From Octopus vulgaris (taxonomy: Eukaryota), in assembly GCA_951406725.2 (NCBI GenBank), contig OX597822.1, positions 23,374,001 to 23,438,000 of the forward strand: 64,000 nucleotides of DNA, given 5' to 3'. Below the pieces are notes generated by a model that saw only the letters and a list, made by a program, of their open reading frames with translations, had not been told where the DNA came from and made no database searches. Made by a program: the position numbers and the translations under genes. Positions 54,305 through 64,000 of the stretch are shown one piece after another; position 1 is the first letter of the stretch; the number at the start of each line of letters is the position of its first letter.

Positions 54305-54394
<90 letters not shown>

Positions 54395-54664
54395 ATATTT
54401 AACATGTTTCAATGTTGTTAGTTACGTCTGCTGACACGTTCAGTCATTAGCGGGTCCGTCACGTTTAGCTCAGGACTTCAAGGGCTTCGTTCTATAATTC
54501 ACACACGATATGCACACACGCAAGTGCGCGCGCGCGCACACATACACACACATGCACACACATACACACAAGCACTCACATTCACATAGACAAATATATA
54601 CACGTGTATGCACATATATATACACATCTATCGTGCATATATATGTACATACTTACATACAAAC

Positions 54665-54755
<91 letters not shown>

Positions 54756-57301
54756 ATAAATATATGTTTACATAGCACGTACATACGTACATCTACACAC
54801 ATACACACAAGCACTCACACTCACATAGACAAACATATAGATAATGAGTACGCGCATAAGCACGTGTATCGTGTATATATATGTGCATACTTACATACAA
54901 GCGTATATATTCATATATATATATATGTATGTATGTATGTATATATATATACATATATTTACATACATACATACACACACACATACACACACATACATGC
55001 ATGCATACATACATACATACATACATACATACATACATACATACATACATACATACATACATACATACATACATACATACATACATACATACATACATAC
55101 ATACATGTATATCTCCCTTTATACATTCACACACATGTCACTTTTGATTCTGACTGTAGCTATTTCTTTGTAAACTACATACATAACCATATTCATACGT
55201 ACGCGCACACACGTACGCACACTCACGCATATATATATATATATATATATACACATGCATACATACATATACATATATATTCGCAAACATGTATACGTAC
55301 GTAGATACATATTTTCATACATAGATACACGCATACATACATACACATATTCAGACATACATGCATACATAATGCATACGTACATACATGCACATATACA
55401 TACATGCATGCATACATATATGCATACATGCATACACACATACATGCATGATACATATATACATACATGCATATATACACATGCATACATGCATACATAC
55501 ATGCATGCTCATATACATACGTGCATACATACATGCCTGCATACATACATACATGCATATATACATACATAATGCATGCATGTACCCATGCATCCGTCCA
55601 TCCATCCGTCCATTCATCCATACATGCATACATACATGTATACATTTATACATGCATGCATACATGCATATATACATACATACATAGTGACATGATGTCG
55701 GATTCAAACACATAGGCATAGAGGACCATTCATTATCCCGGATAATGAATACTATCTCCTATAATGTTTGTCATTAATGTAAATCTGCTAAGAGAAATAG
55801 TTATCTTTAAGTGAATGCAAAGAAACAACCTTCATTGAAGAGATCGTAATAATAATCAAACAGTGAAATACATACCACGTGGGAAAGTTACTATACATAC
55901 ATAGCTACGAAAATATCCAGAGTCAGTTACCGCAGGTCACGAAACTATCTAGGAAAAATCCAGCGGACTTTTACACTTAACCAAGCTGAACGGAAAGGCT
56001 AGGCAAGATCCCTCGATAAGCTACATGAAAAGACTTAAAGAATGTGGAATAAGTAATACCCAATGTTCTCAATTTGTTCTGCAAAACTATGTTTATTTTT
56101 GTATACTTCCACTTTATTTACATTTGAAAAGTTTTCTCCCGCTTTGTTTCAGCTGTAAAGTCTTTGATCAGATCTTCACTATGAACACTTCAACATTCTA
56201 TTTCCTATCATACAAACCACTCCGAATATTATTTTAGCAATATTAAAGTGATTTCTTTTGTGCTGTAAACCATTTACCATTTCTGTGGTGCTTCCCAGAT
56301 CCCTTGATGTCCTAAACACGTGGTTTATCTTGCTTAATGGATAATCCAGCGCTTCTCTGTCAAGAAAAATATTAGTGAAAGTCAGAACGAAACAACGCTA
56401 AGGTTTTATCTGATGGGAAAACTGACACCTAATCGAGAAGGCTTTCGTTGTAGTATTATCAACGCACTGCAAAAAGCGTAACGATGTATGACGACGACGT
56501 CTCACAAAGCCAGCCATGACACAATGTATGATTAAACCCGCAACCACATGGTTGTATAGCAAACATCTTAGCTACAGAGCTATGCCTGCGCAGATTTCTC
56601 AGCCGCTAATCTTTTGTTCGTATGTTTAGTGTGGATATTTAATACACATTTTTGTTTTTATTTGGTCGATCTACTTCGAAACTAAATGACTTCATAGAAA
56701 CGTGAAATATTGTATTAAAAAAAGAAAATATAGATTCTGTCGAAAGGATAAAAACGTCGTCTATTTAATTTGGTATTTTTATCAGCTCCCCACCAATCGG
56801 CACAAAAGCTTTATAACAATGCATACTTGAAACAATAGAAGTATAAAGAAAATGGAAGTACATTCATATGGGTTATCTACTACACGGTACGATTTATGCG
56901 AAAAGCGATCAATTAGCACAGTCGTTAGAGCGTTCGGCAACAATATCTTTTTACACTCTGAGTTCAAACTTCACCAAGGTCAATTTTTTTTCGCTTTTCA
57001 TTCTCCCGGGGTTGATAGATAAAAATATCAAAGAAGAGCAATAACAGGAAATCAGAATTCTAGGTTACCAGGAATTTATTCTTTTGTGGAAAGCACGTAT
57101 AGTGTTTGTTATCAAGAAAACCACCAGAGTTCACTCGCCAACTGTTTGATGCGTCTGCTCGACATAAATTAACATCAATGAACTTAAATTTTCTAATGAA
57201 TAGAACAACAAAATATATTATATATTGCTGCTATTTCACCTCCTGCCATCTCTGATGAAGTATACCTATAACTATAATAATTTTCAACGTGACATCCATT
57301 T

Positions 57302-57387
<86 letters not shown>

Positions 57388-57409
57388 TTATATACACATA
57401 CATATATAT

Positions 57410-57530
57410 CAGAAGTAACAGAGCGACTCAAGGTCCGAGAGTTCCGTGCGATCAAACTAGTCGAACAGCGACTGGTTTGATAAGTGCTAACACACGAAAC
57501 TCTCGACCTTGAGTCGCTTTCTTACTTCTG
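57410..57530. repeat. 121 bp hairpin with decayed hammerhead-like motif
   Basis: cagaagtaa..agcgactcaaggtc / gaccttgagtcgct..ttacttctg; centre atcaaactagtcg-aacag-cgactggtttgat. Confidence 0.85.
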
Positions 57531-57620
57531 TTAAATATTAATAAAAATATACATATACTTATATTTTGAGTTTTATCTTTCCTGTTCGCATCAACATACC
57601 TGTACAGACAGACAGGCAGA

Positions 57621-57663
<43 letters not shown>

Positions 57664-57984
57664 TCACACGAGAATGGAATAAACTGAGCAAGAACACACA
57701 CGAAGACGGAAAGCGTCGCCGGGGAGGTCACAGATGTATGACGAAAGATTTCCGGACAATGAACAAGAGCAAGAATAAGAACAATAATAAACAAGCGAAG
57801 GGGGAAAAGATGACCGTCCCGAAATACAATATATATACCACCTTGACCGACCAGTCCGTCGGGCGTCCATTTGACACCGCTAGTCACAGCACGCTGTCCA
57901 CTCCTCTGGATCGCGCCTTCCTCATCCACGTGGTCCCAATTGCCCTCCTAAAATCGAAGTTCATGCAGTCCGACAACGTACCAA

Positions 57985-58255
57985 CAGGTCGAATGGTGGT
58001 CGGCAGTGATGAAATAGAGGAGGCAAAGGAATATGTCTACCTGGGACAGGAAGTGAATATGTGCCGAAACATCGTAAATGAGATCTTACGGAGAGTAAGG
58101 GCCGGATGGAAGGCGTTTAATGGCATAAGGGACGTGCTCAAGGGAAGGTTGGACAGGACCACCCGCACCAACTTCATCAATTGCACAGTTCTACCTGTAA
58201 TGTTATATGGTAGTGAAACATGGGCTACAACAAAGAGAGAATAGCAGAGATTGGG

Positions 58256-58257
<2 letters not shown>
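57985..58257 (+). pseudogene. RTE-clade LINE fragment (post-RT thumb region)
   Basis: IEEAKEYVYLGQEVN..EILRRVRAGWKAF..VLPVMLYGSETW. Confidence 0.85.
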
Positions 58258-58290
<33 letters not shown>

Positions 58291-58293
<3 letters not shown>

Positions 58294-58683
58294 TCTTTTA
58301 CTTGTTTCAGTCATTTGACTGCGGCCATGCTGGAGCACCGCCTTTAGTCGAGCAAATCGACCCCGGGACTTATTCTTTGTAAGCCCAGTACTTATTCTAT
58401 CGGTCTCTTTTGCCGAACCGCTAAGTGACGGGGACGTAAACACACCAGCATCGGTTGTCAAGCAATGCTAGGGGGACAAACACAGACACACAAACACATA
58501 CACACACATATGTATATATACATATATACGACAGGCTTCTTTCAGTTTCCGTCTACCAAATCCACTCACAAGGCATTGGTCGGCCCGGGGCTATAGTAGA
58601 AGACATTTGCCCAAGATGCCACGCAGTCGGACTGAACCACCACGGACCATGCGCCTGGTTGGTTAGCAAGCTACCTACCACAC
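58291..58683 (-). mobile_element. CORE-type SINE family A
   Basis: Reverse copy. Confidence 0.85.
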
Positions 58684-58845
58684 AAAGAATCTCTCTCACA
58701 TGCTATGATGTTCCCCCACTACTTCTACTCGAGATCAGAGATGCTCATATCGTCAGCCACTAAAGGATATGCTCATGTAGTGATCAAACAACTGATAAGC
58801 AAATCTGTGGTATTGACAGAATATTTGCTCAATATATATATATAA

Positions 58846-58909
<64 letters not shown>

Positions 58910-59171
58910 AATGTTTCCCTGAAGCAATACCAGTCACTGGCTCTCATGGCTTCTGATCTTGACTGATTGACAGTGTTATCATGTATAAGTTTTGTCTTGG
59001 TGTAAAAGATGGGTTACAGCAAATATTCTGCTCAATACCACAGATTTGCTTATCAGTTGTTTGACCTTCACTACATAAGCATATCTCTTAGTGGCTGACG
59101 ATATGAGCATCTCTGATCATGAGCAGAAGTAGTGGGGGAGCATCATAGCCATGCGTTGAGAGAGATTCTTT
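58684..59171. repeat. Inverted pair of an unclassified dispersed repeat (58684-58829 / 59018-59171)
   Basis: cagagatgctcatatcgtcagccactaa..aaatctgtggtattga inverted; third copy at 41200-41515. Confidence 0.85.
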
Positions 59172-59315
59172 GGGGTTTGAACAATTAATCTCAGGAAGCA
59201 TGGGTGTTTTGTTCATCATCCATAAAAACCCTTATTCAGGGACCTTTTGACCGGAATGAGTTACTCGACTTGAGGAAAATTCTAACTCTATGTGTGTGTG
59301 TGTGTGTGTGTGTGT

Positions 59316-59730
59316 AGGCGCAGGAGTGGCTGTACGGTAAGAAGCTTGCTTACCAACCACGTGGCACCGTGTTCAGTCCGACTGCGTGACACCTTAGGCA
59401 AGTTTGTTCTTCTAAAAGTTCAGGCCGACCAAAGCCTTGTGGGTGGATTTGGCAGATGGAAACTGGAAGAAGCCCGTCGTATATATGTGTGTGTGTGTGT
59501 CTTTGTGTCTGTGTTTGCTCCCCCCAACATCGCTTGGCAACTGGTGTTAGGGTATTTATGTACCCGTAACCTAGCGGTTCAGATAAAGATACCGATAGAA
59601 TAAGTATTAAGCTCAAGAAAAAAAAACATTAGCTCTGCCGTCGATTTGCTTGACTAAAACCCGTCAATGCGGTACTCACGCAAGGTCGCAGTCAAATGAC
59701 TGTAACAAGTAAAGGAATAAAAGAATAAAG
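59316..59730 (+). mobile_element. CORE-type SINE family A (older copy)
   Basis: Diverged full-length copy. Confidence 0.8.
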
Positions 59731-59828
59731 GAATTTATATATATCTTCTCAAGGTGATGTCCCAGAACGGCCGCAGTCTAATGAGTGAAACAAATAAAAG
59801 ATACAACTATATGTGATACACACACAGA

Positions 59829-60061
59829 AAGGCGGCGAGCTGGCAGAAATGTTAGCACGCCGGGCTAAATGCTGAGTGGTATTTCGTCTGCCGTTACCTT
59901 CTGAGTTCAAATTCCGCCGAGGTCGACTTTGCCTTTCATCCTTTCAGGGTCGATTAAATAAGTACCAGTTACGCACTGGGGTCGGTATAATCGACTTAAT
60001 CCGTTTGTCTGTCCTTGTTTGTCCCCTCTGTGTTTAGCTCCTTGTGGGTAGTAAAGAAATA
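59829..60061 (+). mobile_element. SINE family B, full monomer with likely TSD
   Basis: aaggcggcgagctggcagaa head; tatatgtgatacacacaca on both flanks (59808-59826, 60062-60080). Confidence 0.88.
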
Positions 60062-60646
60062 TATATGTGATACACACACAGGCGTGCACATACACGTATA
60101 TATGCACACCAGCATACCTATGATATGCTAAGAAAGTTCTTCATTAGACAGAGCAAAAGTTCAACTCATATTTGATTTCAAATGACGACGGTCATTTGAA
60201 GAGCCTACTTATAACTGGTTTCCAACAATAGCACAATCCCACCGCAGATAAATAAGAATCCCATCACATGATAGGAAGTCGCAGATTTATTTCACTCCAG
60301 CACATGACTGGTATCTATTTTATCGATATTTGTTGTTCAACCGGCAAGGTCAAACCTCCATCCTGCCAGATATTTAAAGGCCGAAAGTAAAAGGCGGTAA
60401 AAAGTCATACGTAAATAATCTTTCACAAAGCAATTAAATTTTGCGCGCTGCAGATTCTACTATGCCGTCGCTGCCGTATTCTGACAGACTGTGTTGCTCT
60501 CTTGAGGTGCAGATGCTGTAGAATATAAATGGTTCTTAAGACTTGAAGAGATGAGTTGGAATTCTTCTCGCAACAAAACAACAAGTGTTCCACCGTTAAC
60601 AGGTTATTTCTGTGAAGGAAACAGACTAGAAACCTCTAACTCCCCA

Positions 60647-60694
<48 letters not shown>

Positions 60695-60725
60695 TATATA
60701 TATATATATATATACGTATATCTCT

Positions 60726-60824
<99 letters not shown>

Positions 60825-61051
60825 TTCTGTTTTTATATGTGCCCTTCTCTGTATCTGCATCAACCTGCCTGTCTGCCTGCCTGTCTATTTGTTCCTTGCT
60901 CACTGTGTATCCATGTCTCATTCTGTTCTCTGTTTCTCTCAGTCCGTATATTTGAGTGTCTGTATATAAGTATGCATGTATATGTGTGTAGGTGTATGTA
61001 TGTATGTATGTATGTATGTATGTATGTATGTATGTATGTATGTATGTATGT

Positions 61052-61118
<67 letters not shown>

Positions 61119-61144
61119 TATACATATGTATATATATATATTCA

Positions 61145-61306
61145 CCGTATTTCAACGTGTATAAGGAACCCTTTTTTGTCAAATTTTAACTTAAAAAAAT
61201 ATGGGAGTTTCTTTTACATGGATAGTATTATAATCCCTTGCAAAATTTTTATCCCAAATTTTAAGTCCCCAAAATCAGGGGATTCCTTATACACGTTGAA
61301 ATACGG
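61145..61306. mobile_element. Tc1/mariner-pogo-type MITE
   Basis: Perfect TIRs ccgtatttcaacgtgtataaggaa / ttccttatacacgttgaaatacgg, inside (TA)n. Confidence 0.88.
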
Positions 61307-62189
61307 TATATATATATATATATATATATAGATAGATATATGTGTGTGTGTGTGTGTGTGTGCATGCACATGTGTATACATGCTCGTATCATTCTAAATC
61401 TTTGTGTCTAAGTGGTTTTGTCAATCTGTGTCTATCTATCCGTCTACACCTTATTTTTTTCTTTCTTTCTCTGCCCTTTCACTCCTATCTCTGTATTTCT
61501 TCTTCAACTCCCTCCCTTCCTTCCTCCCGGCTCCTGTATCCATTCACCATTTAATGATGTAGTGATGATGCAACGAACCAATTTCTTCTTCGTATGGCAT
61601 CTCTGAATATTCCCTTGTAAACTACTCAAAATCCTGTAATCTTTCAACTCTAATAAAACCTTCGGTGAAAACGCAACACAAAGCAAAGTTATGCTGCTTT
61701 CTATTAGAGACTAGAATATCCGTATTAATGCTACATCCAATTTACATACAGTCTTATATTTAATACTTGTTTCTATAGCACGTAGACATAAAATTAAAAA
61801 TCTTTCTTACCTAAGGACATATTATTAAATATTTATGTCTATAACACATAGATTTAAACCCATATATCTCTCTGTTACCTACGGACATACAAATTTAATA
61901 TTCATGTCTATAAAACGTAGATATAATGTTATAATATCTCTTTATTATAAATGGACAAATACTTAATACTTCTCTGTATTAGGAATGGACGTATGTGTTA
62001 AATTACAGTTGGACATATGCATAAATGTATATACGTGTATCTACGTCTGTGTGCGAGTATGTGTACATGCATGTATGTATGTATGTGTACATGCCTGTCT
62101 GTATATTTACAAGTATGTATGGATGCGTGTAAATATGTGTTTTCCTTTTTCTCTTTTTAATTTAGAGTTATGTGCGGCTAACTACTCAT

Positions 62190-62440
62190 AAGTGGTTGTC
62201 GGAGTGGCCATCACTCAGAAGTGGTTTTCTGCGAATTTCTATGATTTCTCAAGCCTCAATTTCTGGCCTCCTAATTCCTCCCATTTGCAATCTCATGTGA
62301 GGTGCGGTTGAGAAAGACACCAACCGCTCTGCTTGTAACACCAAGGTGAAGAACGTATTGCCAGTTTTCGGAGCCGTTTTGAGGCTGTGATGGAAGCTGA
62401 GGGCAGCTGATTTAAGTAAAGTGTTATCTCCCAGCCAGAA
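62190..62440 (+). pseudogene. maT-like transposase 3' remnant
   Basis: FWPPNS motif, FRSRFEAVMEAEG. Confidence 0.55.
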
Positions 62441-62845
62441 TCTAGTTGATATATTCTGGCTTTTTAAAAAATACTTTCATTTTTAGATGCGACATTGTGT
62501 ATTGTTTTCATTTTAAGCAAATTATGAAATTTAACTCGTACAACCTGTATACATATATGTATGCGACCATATACACATGGGAACAGACAATAATATCATT
62601 GATTATGTAAATTTTATTATATGCTAAGCGTTTTGAATACGTTACATATGTTGAGTGTGCTCTTTGACTGTCAGTTACGTGGTAAGAAGTTTTCTTCTCA
62701 ACCACAGGGTTCTTGGTTCAATCCCACTACGTGGCAACTTGGATAAGTATTTTCTACTATAGCCACGGGCCAACCAAAGCCTTGTGAATAGATTCGGTTA
62801 ACGAAAAATGAAAGAAGTCCTTCGTGTATATATATATATATATAT

Positions 62846-63093
62846 CACATGACCGACCAGGCTATCAGATGTTGCTACACATCGCTGGTCACAATACGCT
62901 TCGCATTGTTTTAGCCTTCAAATGACGCCACCCCGCTGGCTAAACGAGCAGGCCAACAGAAGAAAGAGTGCTGGAGCCTCGTGGAGCTATAGGTGTTTTC
63001 CCTCAATAAACACTCACAATGCCCGGTCTGGGTATCGGAACCGCGATCCTATGACCGCGAGTCCGCTGCCCTAACCACTGGGCCATTGTGCCT

Positions 63094-63096
<3 letters not shown>
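62846..63096 (-). mobile_element. Family C SINE, tail 2 (internal deletion)
   Basis: Reverse complement of 39444-39730. Confidence 0.85.
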
Positions 63097-63136
<40 letters not shown>

Positions 63137-63138
<2 letters not shown>

Positions 63139-63965
63139 GGGTGCGATGGGTGAATTGTCGTCATTTTATATTTTTTATTTATTGCGCAATATTTGCTTTT
63201 GATTTTGTCGACTACACAGTCTGTGAGAAGAACAGTACCATGACGCAATTCACCCTGCCAGAAATTTGGAAACGACATGCTGTACCGCTTGGCATTCGCG
63301 CCGGAAGCTCCAATACGAACAGATGGTGAACACACTGAACAACCGTTGGCTTCCCGTGTCACCAAAAGATGTACCGACAGTGATAAAAATAAAACATCCA
63401 GTCAACATCATGGTGTTTGGAGTGATCACAAGTGATGGCGACGTTGTGCCTCCATTCATCTTCCCACACGGTCTCAGACTCAACACGCAGATCTACATCA
63501 AGTGCCTGGAGGAGGTAGTGATGTCCTGGGTCAAGACCATATGTCTGGCAAACAGGACTCTGCACCATGCCACACAAGCAGGAGAACCCAGTATGGATGT
63601 CTGACGATTTCTACGATCACATCACCTCTAACATCTGGCTACCAGACTGCAACTCCTTTGATTATTATGTGTGGGATGCAGTTGAGCGAGAGACCAACAA
63701 AACTCCTTGTAACACCAAAGATGAACTGAAGGCAAGAATTATAACAGCATTCAGCAACTTAAACAAGGAGACCGTCCAGAAGAGTTGCGGGAGATTCTGA
63801 AGTCGTCTGGAGACCGTGGTTGAAGTCAATGGCGATTTTATTGAATGAATATACTTTTTAGTATTTCAAGATATTTCTATGTAATTTTGGTAAATATATC
63901 TGTTAAAATGAGATGTTAGTGTTATTTTCATTTTTGCGTAATTTAGGCGACAGTTTATTTACCGT
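63137..63965 (+). pseudogene. Internally deleted maT (DD37D-like) transposon
   Basis: KHPVNIMVFGVITSDG, QDSAPCH, PDCNSFDYYVWDAVE, CGRF*SRLETVVEVNG. Confidence 0.8.
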
Positions 63966-64000
63966 TCAACTGCACTCAACGCATAATAACCAAGGAAGGG

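Overview
AT-rich, microsatellite-saturated eukaryotic DNA. The SINE repertoire looks like that of an octopus/coleoid cephalopod (inference). No host protein-coding exon can be supported, and almost all tracked ORFs are microsatellite or SINE translations. The window holds three tRNA-derived SINE families in many copies, two 5'-truncated R4/Dong-like (restriction-like endonuclease) LINEs in a (TAA)n tract, RTE fragments, decayed mariner/Tc1/maT transposons and MITEs. Two signals stand out. (1) About 15 minimal type-I hammerhead-ribozyme-like motifs (C[T/C]GANGA..stem II..GAAAC-palindromic loop-GTH) of Penelope/retrozyme type, several in the arms of microsatellite-flanked foldback mini-elements or in direct repeats. 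(2) A 27 x 29-bp array that is a reiteration of the last 9 codons plus stop codon of the adjacent LINE ORF. All calls are by eye; no alignment or folding was run.
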